Of a stretch of 64,000 nt of DNA, positions 1 to 12,600 are shown piece after piece. The translations under genes were made by a program, and so were the position numbers. Each line of letters starts with the position of its first letter. Positions within the stretch are counted from its first letter, which is position 1. Under the pieces are notes generated by a model. The model did not search any database and was not told the DNA's origin. It worked only from the letters and a program-made list of their open reading frames with translations. Source of the stretch: Vicugna vicugna (taxonomy: Eukaryota); contig MU058844.1 of assembly GCA_013265495.1 (NCBI GenBank), forward strand, positions 9,816,184 through 9,880,183, in the 5' to 3' direction.

Positions 1-1789
1 CCCTAGAATAAGTTGTTTCTCTTTCTTCTTACTTTTCTTGCTACACCAGGAGCCCTGAGATGGGAGGGACAGGTTTACCTTCAAGTCTCAACATTACTTC
101 TCACCTACTATGATTTTTGAATCATTTTACTCAAATATTCCTAAGTTTCCTCATATTATATAAAATAAAAGGTTCTGTGCATCTTCTAAGACCCCTTCCA
201 AAACTAAAATTCTCCTTTTGAATTAGATTTCAGGTTAAAGTATCATATTTATATCTATACATGTATTATATATATATACATGCATATATATTTTATCCTT
301 GCCTTAGAATTAAGGTCATACAACAAGTAAGAAAATGAAAATTAAATTCAGTTTTTCAAGACTAAGGAAAAGATTGCATGTAATAATTAGCAAAAAAAGA
401 TTGTTTTAAAAATAATCATTAAATTAAGGTGTTCTTGATGCTGTGACCATTTACGAAGTGTAGTGTTTAATAAGCACCCATGAATATGGTGACTATTTAA
501 CGGCACAACAGGCTGTTTGAAAGTTCTTACTTTCCTTCCTCATAACTTGCCAAGCCCTAACTGCAAAATATCACTGCAACAATGAACACAAAGATCCTAG
601 ATCTATTTTACTAGCTTCATTGATGGCTTCCAAAAGGGCATGTATTGTGAAAGGTAATGGGCATTATGGTCAGATGGATTTGGGTTCCAATTCCAGCTTC
701 ATCACTTACCAGCTGGGAGACCTTCAGCAATTAAACATCCAGTGATTAATATCAACTTTAAGAGGGTGGAAATTCATCATCTTTTACAGTGCTAATAAAG
801 CCCCGTAAGGACTGCTATACTGTAAATTATTTGTCGACTGTTTGCTGAAAGGATGAATTTCTCAGACCTCAATTCTTCATTAGTAATGAAGATAATTGCT
901 TTATTCTAAAATTTAAAAGGCAGTTTTTGTGAAAGCCAATAGCAGAGCCCATGGTATGTTGCAGGTACTTAGAATATGCTTGTTTCTTTCCCTGACACAG
1001 TGTAAAATAAAACTCATTAGGGTACATGTTATTCTCAAAAATACTTATTTCCAGTACAGTATTTACAAAATCCATGAAGCATGCCAATATATATAATATC
1101 AATTAAATTACACAATAATTGATAACTCAGGATGACAAAAAAATGCTCTTTTCATTACTGTTTTATTCCTGTAATTACAACTATTGCCATTTGCTATGGT
1201 CACTCTCATGTGTTCTCATTTTATTAATTTCTGTGACCAATCTCAAGAGGATACTTTTGCTTAAAGGTAACCTGCTGTATTAGATTCCTAAATCCTCAAG
1301 GTCAGGGACAGGGCCTCACATATAGCATCTGGATGAACTATAAGAAATTGCTCATATTTGGCCAACTATGACATATAGGAATAGCAACTCAATGTGCTTC
1401 AGCCAGTAGCTAGTCAATAAATATTTATTTTTTTAAATGTATGGATAAAACAGTAACTTTGCATTTACTTTTTAATTCTAGGCATACACTGTAGAGTTGG
1501 CCCAGAAGTGATGCTCCAATGCATGATTATAAGCGTAATATAAACAATTCACTAAGATCATCAGGCAAATGTCTCGCTTTGCTCCTGCATCACTGAAACG
1601 CACTAATTCCTTGCTTGCATTGTTTATTTTATATGAGATATATCCCCTGCCCACCCAACAACCTCTACAATGTCCATTCCACCAACTCCTTAATATTCAG
1701 GTCAAATGTTGCCTCCTCTATACGGCTCCCCCAGGCATGCTATTTCTGTGTTCCGACTCTGCACCTCTATCTATAAACACATCTCAGGA

Positions 1790-1792
<3 letters not shown>

Positions 1793-1823
<31 letters not shown>

Positions 1824-2010
1824 ACACCCACATATGTACACATATGTATAGAATTTGCATACATAGCCTACATACATCTATCTATAGATACATATCTGTA
1901 CACATCAACACATGTCTGTCTGTACATATATTTGTATAAATGTAGATACATCTATATAGATAGATGTATATGGATGTATAGAGAATGTATATGGATCATA
2001 TATACTATAG
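1793..2010 (+). repeat. (TG)14 followed by low-complexity TA/CA-rich sequence
   Basis: Seen directly in the sequence. Confidence 0.9.
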
Positions 2011-2134
2011 GAATCTGTTCTTATGAGTATGTCTCTGCTTTTACCTATTTTGAAAGGAAGTAGTTATCCAACCCCAAATTTAGAAGTACACTGAAAGGAC
2101 CTTTGATTTCTCAAGGTATTTCATTTGAAAAAAT

Positions 2135-3095
2135 AACATACTGTCCACCAAGACTGAATCAAGAAGAAACTGAACAATTGAACTGAACAATCCGATCCGA
2201 TCACTAGAAAGGAAATAGAAATAGCAATTAAAAACCTCCCTACAAATAAAAGTCCAGGACTGGACGGCTTCACCGGGGAATTCTACCAAACATACAAAGA
2301 AGAACTCATACCAGTCCTTCTCAAACTCTTCCAGATGATTGAAAAGGAGGGAATACTCCCAAACTCATTCTATGAAGCCACCATCACCCTGATACCAAAA
2401 CCAGGCAAAGACACTACAAAAATAGAATTATAGACCAATATCACTGATGAACATAGATGCCAAAATCCTCACCAAAATATTAGCAAATAGAATCCAACAA
2501 CACATAAAAAAGATTATACATCATGACCAAGTGGGGTTCATCCCAGGGACACAAGGCTGGTTCAACATATGCAAATCAATCAGTGTAATACATCACATCA
2601 TCAAGAGAAAGGACAAAAACCACATGATCATCTCAATCGATGCAGAAAAAGCATTTGATAAAATTCAACACCCATTTATGATAAAAACTCTCGCCAAAGT
2701 GGGTATAGAGGGAACATATCTCAACATAATAAAAGCTATATATGACAAACCTACAGCCAGCATAGTTCTCAACGGTGAAAAACTCAAAAGCTTCCCACTA
2801 AAATCTGGGACAAGACAAGGATGCCCACTATCACCACTCCTATTCAACATAGTCCTGGAAGTCCTAGCCACAGCAATCAGGCAAGAGAGAGAAATAAAAG
2901 GGGTCCAAATTGGAAAAGAAGAGGTAAAAGTGTCACTATACACCGACGACATGTTACTATATATAGAAAACCCCAAAAGGTCCACACAAAAACTGCTAGA
3001 GCTGATTGAAGAATTCAGCAAGGTAGCAGGTTACAAAATTAACGTTCAAAAATCTGTAGCATTTCTTTACACTAACGATGAATCAACAGAAAAAT
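2135..3095 (+). mobile_element. LINE-1 ORF2 internal fragment (reverse transcriptase region), antisense to PTPRQ
   Basis: ORF 2447..3097 reads [33 protein letters not shown]...[18 protein letters not shown]...YTDD, the typical L1 RT sequence. Confidence 0.97.
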
Positions 3096-3318
3096 AAAGA
3101 CACTGGTTTATTTTAGAGTTTCCTTATAGATAAATCAGACTTTAAAAATTTGCACAGCAAGTCTTTTCCCACATGTTACCAGGGAAAGCATAGAAATTCC
3201 TGGATTATATGAAACAGAATAATGAGAGATTCTAGATTATGTAAAATACAAACAAGGTGACAAATGTCCACTGTGTACATTTCATTAATATATATTAAAC
3301 AAATAAACAAAAACTTAC

Positions 3319-3600
3319 CAGTCTCAGAAGTCCTTACGGAGAGTAAAGAAGACAACTGATTGCCGTGACCAACCCTGGTATACGATCTTAAGGAAATGTT
3401 ATAGAGGGTGTAAGGTTTTAAGCCGCTTAAAATTACATCTGTGGTTGAAGTGTTCTTCATAAATAAGGTATCCAGATTTTTACAGAGTACTTCATAGGCA
3501 ACAATAACCCCATTGGGTTTCTCAGGTGGTAACCACTTCAAACTTATTTCACTAGCAGTAACATCAGTAACTTCAACGTCTTGAGGGGATGATTCTGGTT
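3319..3600 (-). CDS. PTPRQ: PTPRQ exon 14 ([30 protein letters not shown]...[34 protein letters not shown]), whole FN3
   Basis: ttccag|AA ... ACT G|gtaagt, 282 nt, phase 1 to 1. Confidence 0.96.
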
Positions 3601-6600
3601 CTGGAAGAAGGAAGCACAATTTTAAATGTATGTATTTTCTCGTGCTGACTGCTTGAGACACGAATGGCAGCATGAGGTCGATGGCAGTAAGCACACAAAA
3701 CCACTTGCTTCTTGATACTAAAATTGCACCTGACGTTCTTACCATCTTCTGGAGTCCTCACAAAGATGTCATTTTCTTCAGACAAAGAACTTTCTCCAAC
3801 ATTGGTTGAGGCAGCCACTCTCATTTTATATTTCGTGTATTTCTTTAACCCTATAAGGACAACAGGCGATTTGTTTAAAGTCCTTAAAATAGCACTCCTG
3901 GATCAGTGCCGGCTAACATAGGACTAGTGAAAATGACTTCTTGGGGAGACTGGTTCTCCACATCAGCCTCCTTATAACCCCAATCTCCCCAGCTTCCTTG
4001 GGATGAGAGCCTTTCCCTGTTGATGATGTTTTAGTTCTTTCCTAAAATATAAAGGCAACAATCTGAGGCTGAAAACTGATTTTTGGCACACTGGGAGGAA
4101 TGTAGTTGATTTGGCACAAACACCACATCAGCTCAACTACTTCAGCTGATTGTCACATACAATCAATCAAACCTTCATTCCTGAGTTATTTCGATGTACC
4201 AGGCACAAAATTCCCTGAGCTATATATTCCTAAGATATTTGTGGTCTGATGATTTTATTTCTTAGCAGATAAATACAGTTAAAGAAAAACACATTTAATC
4301 AAGTTATTTCTGCAAGTATTTTTCAAGACATCTATGGGAGCATAGCACGACAAAATCTGAATGATGCAACATGTATCCTGCAATGTTTAAGGCATAGAGA
4401 GATGTATATTTTCCATCAGAAGAATGTTAAAACAGAACAAAACTTTGTTCTACCTGTTATGAGAAAGCTGTTGTCTAAAGTAGTCATCTGGAATGCTCTG
4501 TTTGTATCCAGTTCCACTGCATAAATTGTATAATGAGTTATTTTTCCATTGGGATATTCTGGAGGATCCCAATATAACAAAATAGACGAAGAGCTAATAT
4601 TTTTATAGTTTATAACTTGAATGGAGCTTGGCACTTGAGAAGAAGAACGAGCAATTAATATGAATGAAAAGAAAAAGGATTACAAAGGTCAAGAGCAATA
4701 AATATTTGGTAATTGTTTCGAATGAAATACACTCTTACCTTGCTCATGTGTCCTAACATGGAGAACCGTTGGTGGTCCTTCTCCCATGATGGTGAAAGCA
4801 GATACACTAATCATGTGCTCAGTGAAAGGGACAAGCTTCCTGATAACGTAAGACAGCTGTTCGGCTGCAACATCCGTGATGTACTGATTCCTTGCAGTTC
4901 CTGTTTGAAATTAGTTTTAAAAAAAAAAATAGATGTTTGGCTTCATGATCAAAATTATTTTTACCCACACAGTAAAATCTTAAACCAGATTTCCCAATGT
5001 CTCCATGTAATCCTTTATATAAAAGGTAGATATAGAATTAATAACAGACATGCTGAATATATCCCAACAGTATCTATAAACATTTGTGCTCATATATAGT
5101 TTTGTTAGTTGTTATTAACTATCCTAGAACATGAGGTGAGTGTTTTGAGAAAACATCACTTTCTACAAAAGATGGGCTAGGAATTTTTTTCTGAAAAGAC
5201 AATTAGGCAAAAAATGAAATTGATATATTGTAAGTCAATGTTGGGTTATACTATGAAAATCACAGAAATAAGACTTTATGTGAACTCAAAATTCACTATA
5301 CATTTGCTAAACCCATTAATGATTTAAGGCAAGCATGCTTATGTAACTGTCACATAAATATATCTAGATAAGGATTTCAAAAAAATGTTGGGGTTTTTTT
5401 TTTCATTTACTTAGAACTTGTGCTTCCAACAATGTTGATTAGCATTTAGACCAAACTAAGTATTTAAGAAAACATCTGTAGCAGAAATCATGGGCCTCTT
5501 AATTTTTAGTGTTGCCCCAGTCTTCTTTGCACAGGAAAAACAGACCAGTAAATGAAATAAGCATATATTGAATGTAATGTGATACTTCTGACTAATTCTA
5601 CCATCAAGAAAATAATGTCACTTACTTTTAATTTGGAATGGGACAAATATCAAATCGGAGAAAAAGCAACAACAAAAAAATTCTTCTCACTTAGCCTTTC
5701 AGAAAAACCAGAGAGATCATTTAGATGTGTGTCTTCTAACCAAGTATTTTTAAATTTTCTATATATGACATTGTCCTTTTAGAAACCATAAGATCCACTG
5801 ACCCTGAGGAGCAAGTGCACACACTAATGACATCACCACGTCGTCGGGGTCGCCTACACCTGTTTATCACCCCATGCGCTAGAGTTGTAACTTTCTGACC
5901 TATTTGCCTTCAGTGACATTTGAAAACCTATTAGTCAAAAGCCGCAGAGAGTGTGAGGCCTGTAAATGATTTGAAGATATGTTAATCCCTCCCCATCACA
6001 CCTGCTTTGGCAACTGTAACAACTGATTGTCTATGCAGCTTGGCCAGACTCTAGGGTGCTACTTTCCCTCCGAGGAAGGTCAGATGGGTTAGGAGGGGCC
6101 AGCTCCTGCCTGTGTGGCATTTCCATTTGCTGCATGAGGTTATCCAACAGTTACAGAAGAAAAAAAAAAATCTGGCTCCATCTCATGGACCATTAATAAC
6201 TGGGTTGAACTCCCAGCTAAGGTTCATATCTGTGCCGGCTAATACTAGTAGTTTAAATAAGCTTCACAGGAAAAAAAAGGAAAATGCACCTACCAACTGT
6301 TGAAGGCTGGCCATCAGCTCTACTCCTCGCTGGGAAGTTACTATGTGGGTGACTGTTATACGTAACTGAAGCAAGCAAGTGCAGGTCAGAAGACATCTCT
6401 GCTGAACCTTCAAATAATCCTGCCATTGACTCTACTATATTCACAGCTTCTGGCACCAGGGGGTCACTTATATACTGTAATTAAAAATAGATATTTACAA
6501 GACTGCTTGCGACAGTTATGCTTAATAATGGCTTCACTCAAGCACTAATTCCAACAATCAGTGATTTTGAAATCACGTTTTTAAAAAGTATTATTATTTC

Positions 6601-9600
6601 CATGACTACTGTTGCCTTTACATTCTAAGATTTCATTCTAAAGCTACTAAAAATCCTGCATCATTGTAACACACTGTGAGCACTTCCATATCTTAAGAGT
6701 CCAATACCATATTGTGGGAAGAAGCAGACATTTGTTTCTGACCTGAGTTAGTTTCTTTATGGTAACATTACACATCCTCATGCAAAGGTTTCACAGCTAA
6801 AATATTTTAACTGCTCAACCCTCAAAAGTAAGTGTTCTAGGCATACTGCCTTATTAAAATGGGTTTTGCTTCATTATCTATGTGTCCTTATTTGCACACC
6901 AGGAGTGAGCAGCTTGAGTGCCTACTGGGTACATATCAGTAATGATAGTTTAACTGAGTGATGTTACAGACATGATCAAAACTGCATGGCAATTGTTTTC
7001 TAACAGGGTTCACGGCAGACCTATCCAAGGCTCTGGATAGGTCTAAGCAATATTTTAAGTAACTGATTGTTCCTAGATGCCAAAATGTGCTTTATACATG
7101 TGACGTTCACCAAAGTAGCAGATACTAAAGTGAAATCAAAACATCAGAAAAATTTTTTAAAAATTAAATAAAAATCTTAAAAAATTAAAAATAAATAAAA
7201 AATTTAAATTTAATTAAGAAAAGAATTATTAAAAACATCAGGAGATTACAGATATATACAGTAGAGTTTTATGTTGGGACAATAAGAAAACTCTCTTCTT
7301 TTCCACACAACAGAATGAGAAGAGGGTGTTTTGGCCAAATAATATTAGATATTTTGTGTAGATCATCAACCTTGGAGATAAGGCTAAAGATTAATCAAAG
7401 AAAATGTTGCCTTAACAGGCTTAACAACCGAATGCAATGTGTGGACTTGATTCTAAGTAGAACATACCTACCAACGTAGGCTCTGAAGATACTCAGGGAA
7501 ATGTGAGTATGGTCTAGGACTTAGATGATACCAAGACAAGATTAGTAGTTTTGTCAATTGTGGTAATGGAATTATGGAATCAATCAAAATGTCCATGTTT
7601 TGGGGGACCCATTCTTAGGCATGTAAGAGCAAAATGACATGAAGTCTGGAATTTATTTTAAAATATGTCTGCATCAGCAGCAGCAGCGACAGACAGCGAA
7701 GGCAAGAAAAGCAGCATGTTGATAATTCTTCCATCCAGGTCATGGGTTAACATGGGCTCATGATACTCTTTTTTCTCCTTTTATATCTGTTCAGACTTTT
7801 CCAAAAATAAAGAGTTTTGAAAAAAGAAAATGTTGCAAGAACTACTCTTTTTGTCACTTCCTTTTCAAGCGCTTCAAAACTCACCTCTGAACCCTTTAAA
7901 AAAAAAACTATTCTATTCCTTCTCAATTTCAGCCTCTTGTGCCCTCAAAACTTATAATTCATAATACAGGTTTTATTCATTTATAAACTTTGGTACATCT
8001 TTTAATTATCTGACATGTTTTTGGGTTGTGTTTACTCCTAGAGCTAAAAACAAGTTTTTAATTTCTTACTGACAAAGTATTAGTATTTTTTAAAAATAGT
8101 AGATGCTCAGGAAAAATCTTGGGAAGGCAAGAAATTTTAAGACAGTTTAACTTACTCAACTAGCCACAAATACAGGCCATTTAAATGCTAACTTTTCTGA
8201 GAAAATAAATGAAGAAAAGATACACATTAATCTCCAGTTCTACAAATGATAGTTATAAAATAAAATTATCTAAATCTTGTTATATCGTTAGCCAGAAAAG
8301 CACTGTGATACTAAGCAGAGATATACCTATAAAATACCTTTATCATAAAATATTGTGGTGAAGCCTTCTGGATAGGGAACTTTATATGGGACAAACTAAA
8401 GATCTTCTGTCAGCCAAGGCATACTTCAGCTCTGCCTCCACAGAGAAATCAGAGAAGACATGAATCACAAACACATAATTCAGAGATGCTCTGGTATTCC
8501 AGTCAATAGTTTGTGCCTTAACCACACAGCTGTTTCCACTATCAATCAGTCACCCTTTGAGAATGTACTGTGTACAAAGAACTGTAGAAGGTAAAACATG
8601 GTAGTACAGAGAAATTCCCCCTGAACTGTGACTTTGCATTAAATCTCTCAGTATTTTATACTCATCTCGGATAAATTATTGAGAGTTAAACCATAGCATC
8701 CCATCAATTAACTACGTTAAGCATCTCTGTTGACAAACCGCTATTTCAGCCTAAGAGTTGACCTGAATAATTCTGACTATCTGAATTTCTCCCAAATTCA
8801 CTGGAATGAACCTCCCTAACTTCAAGCAGCTTGAACACTGGTTTTATAGAACCCCAGAGTGTTATTATCACCAAGTGTACCATGTTGTGGATAGTTACCA
8901 CATTTTGCCTCTTTTTTTTAAAAAAAAAGTATTAGGTATTAAATATTTTAAAAGATAAAAAAATAACTTTAGAGCAAAAATCACGGTAAAGAATCGGAAC
9001 TTAAGAGAGTAATGGGAAGGGGCTGAGAGAAGCATGTGTGGAAATGAGGGAAAGAGAAGGGAAAAGGGCCCGTCACAACTCCCCAAAGTTTTGGACTCTG
9101 AGTCCAGTGTTCTCAGCCTCAGCACCACTGACATCCTGTGTTAGATAATTTCGTGTTATGGGGAATTGTCTAGGGCATTGTAGGAAGTTTAGTAGCATCC
9201 CTGGTTCTACCTACTAGAAGCAACTTCCCAGAAGTGACAATGAAAAATGTCTCCAGAGATTGCCAAATGTCTCCTAAGGAGCAAAACTGGCCCTGGTTGA
9301 GAATAACTGAGTTAGGGAAAGGCACAATTTATCAACATGAAAGGACTCCCAAATGCTACCCAGGAATCTTTGGAATTTATGTGAAATAATTATCAGTCTT
9401 CAGAGTTAAGTTCCTAATACACCTGAATAAACCAACCTGATTCTACATGTAACAGTCTTCCTTATAGCTAGTGTGATTTTTTTTTGCATAAAAACCTCTA
9501 TTATATCTATCAATTTCCACTTACTGGAAGTCTACTCAACTGAATTAATGAAAAATGTGACTTATTCTTACAAAATGCTTCTATGTTTTATTATAAACTA

Positions 9601-12600
9601 TAATGTGATTTGTCCTATTATCTAGTAGTGGTAAAAAGAAGCTTGCAATTAGAATATATTTAGAAAGGTTCTAGTGGATACTGTATCATTCTGCACATTA
9701 TCTGGGTAACAAATCCTTAAGGCTTGATTCTGTTTATGTTGCTAATGCTCAATAAAGTAAACTTGTCTCAAGTACTCCTTAACTACTATCAAGTCCTGAT
9801 CTCGGCCTCATTCTGATGCAACTGACCAAGCATTTAGCTGATTTTCTTCTCATGTTCACCACTGACAAACTTCGACACACTTGAAAAACATGTTGGATAA
9901 AAAGATGTATCAATCTTATAAATTTGTAACACTATGTAGCAAGATGGAGTCTTTTGGGAGAAAACGTCTTAGTGTTTGATTAGAAAACCAAGTACAGGAT
10001 GAGATCTGAATGTGAAATTCAACTGGAGAGAAGTCCATGGAGAGCTGACTTTAGAGTTTTTCAAATTTTCATCTCTGTGAAATGAGTTTCCCAAAGAAAT
10101 TAATTTTATTATTTGCAATGATAAAAGTGGAAAATTTACACCAAAGGAAAAATAGTTCTGCTCAGTTTGGCTCTAGTCAAATTATGTATGGAATATTGTG
10201 TTCAGCAGAGAAAGAGGCTCATTGACAAATTGGGAAATATACACAGGAGAGTAATCAGTAATATGAAGGACCTGGAAACCATGACTGATGAGAAACTGAG
10301 GATGTTAAGCCTTAGGGAAACCATGACCATTATCTTCAAATGATTAAAAAATTAAATCATTGTGTAGTGTTATTACTACTGCAGAGACTAACATTTAAAG
10401 CTACTATGTGTCATATACGATGCTAAATACTTTTACCCATGTGATATCACTTCATTATAGCCCAAAGGACAGATATTATTACCTCCATTTACAGCCATCT
10501 GTTCAAGCTCACAAAACTAGTCATAGCAGAAGTAGACTTGGAACCTATCTTCCTGATTGCAAAGCACAAACTCAAAGTCACTACAATCTACTGCATGGGT
10601 CTAGAGAGGACAGGTGGGACAAACTGACAAACATTAAAGGACAAATATTTCAGTTTAAAATAGTTAAAGATCAGGGTAGTTTCATATTCATCTCTGTATG
10701 TTCTGGACCTATCAGAGTATCTGGAAGTTTACAGCTACCTGATAATGCATGTCCATGAGACCATAAAGAAGAATGGCTTAAAGACAAAGAAGCAACCTAA
10801 ATGTCCACTGACAGATAAATAGATCAAGAAAATGTGGTGTATATATATACAATGGAATATTACTCAGCCATAAAAAGAATGAAATACCATTTTCAGCAAC
10901 ATGAATGGACCTAGAGATTATCATACCAAGTCAGACAGAGAAAGACAAGTATCATATAATATCACTTACGTGGAATCTAAAAAATGATAAAAATGAACAT
11001 ATTTATAAAACAGAATATAGATTCACAGATACAGAAAACAAACCGATGATTACCAAAGGGGAAGGGGGGGAGAGATAGATTAGGAGTTTGGGAATCACAA
11101 GTATAACTACTATGTATAAAGTAGATAAACAACAAGGATCTACTTTACAGCACAGGGAATCATATCCAACATCTTATAATAACCTATAGTGGAAAGGAAT
11201 CTAAAAAAGAATAGATATACATGTATGCATACTGAATCACTTTGCTGTACACCTGAAACTAACACAACATTGTAAATCAACTATAGTTCAATAAAAATTA
11301 AATTAAATTTAAACTAAAAAAAAAAAAAGAGAAGAATGGCTTAAAGCTTATAGAATAGGAGCCCCTTTGTGGTAGTAAACATCCTATTGTCAGAGTTGAT
11401 CAAATATTTTATCAGAGACTGGATTCCCAATCATTTATTAGGCATGTCACAGATGAGATTCATATATGTTTGGAAGTTGAAATAAAGGTCCTCAAACTCT
11501 GATATTAAATTTTCTAGTGTATTTTTAAGTAATATCCTTAAATCTGGAAGGATTATTCCAATACAAAACAGTGCAGAAACTGCAGTGGATAGGTTCTCAT
11601 GTGGGTGTCCCATCATCCCTACCTCCTGTTGTTCATGCTTTCATATAAACCCCTTCCTCTGGGTGGGAACTATGATTTGCATCTAACCAATGGAATGAGG
11701 CAAAGGGATGGGATTCCACCCCCATAATTACATTGCATTCTATAGACTCTGCTTGCTGGCTTGATGAAGTAAATGGCCATGGTGGGAAAGTTCCTGCAGC
11801 AAGAAACTGTGGGAGATCTCTATGAGCTAGAACTAAGGGTAGTCTCTAGCCAAAAGGCCAGCAAGAATCTAGGGCCCTTGGTTCTACAGGCAAAAGGAAA
11901 TTAAATCTGCTCAAAATCTGAGTGACCGTGGAAGTGGATTGTTCCCCAGTCAAACCTCCAGGTGAGAATACAGCATAGTAAGCCCCCTGATTGCACTGGG
12001 ACTCCTGACCCACAGAAACTGAGATAGTAGATATGAGTTGTTTTAAGCTTGTGGCAAATGGTTATAGCACAATGGAAAACTGAAGTAGTAAGCTAACGGA
12101 AATAGTCCAGGCAAGAGACTATGCAATCCTTAGGTGCAGTGGGGACACAGTAATAAAATATACAGGTATGAAGGTCATGCTCTGGAGGCAGAAGCAACTG
12201 GTGTTAACACTGATTATACTTAGCATTCAGTAGCCAGTCAAAGTCAGAGGTAACCCCAAAGTTTCAAGCCCTCATGAAGAGAGGATAATGGCTATCCAAA
12301 AAGAGAGACATCAAACACATAAAAATGCCATCGACGCCTCCCAAATGCCTAGGCAATGACCTCCAGATCAGAGCCGCGTGGTGTGCCCAGTCTAAGGGGT
12401 TAGGGAATTCTAAGACTGTTATTTGGTATCTGGGCTTTAAGTCAGCCTCTCTCCAGGTCTTGTTCTTGACCAATGAAACTATTAATTGCCTGGGCAGACT
12501 TTCTTCTTGTGTGTCCTGTGGGAGATGTTACAGGTCTCCATCACTGTCCCAGGATCTCTGCCTGTCCTTCATTCCAACTTCATCTTCTCTTTCCGATCAT

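Noticed and set aside
1569..2063. 164-aa and 77-aa plus-strand ORFs
   Set aside because: They arise from TG/TA low-complexity repeats and show no protein-like features.
3176..3745. 189-aa ORF spanning intron 13 and exon 14
   Set aside because: It is exon 14 plus chance open intronic flanks. Intron 13 is 142 nt, so retaining it would not preserve the frame.
4634..4738. 105-nt intron 11 (multiple of 3) as a possible in-frame retained intron
   Set aside because: It contains an in-frame TGA.
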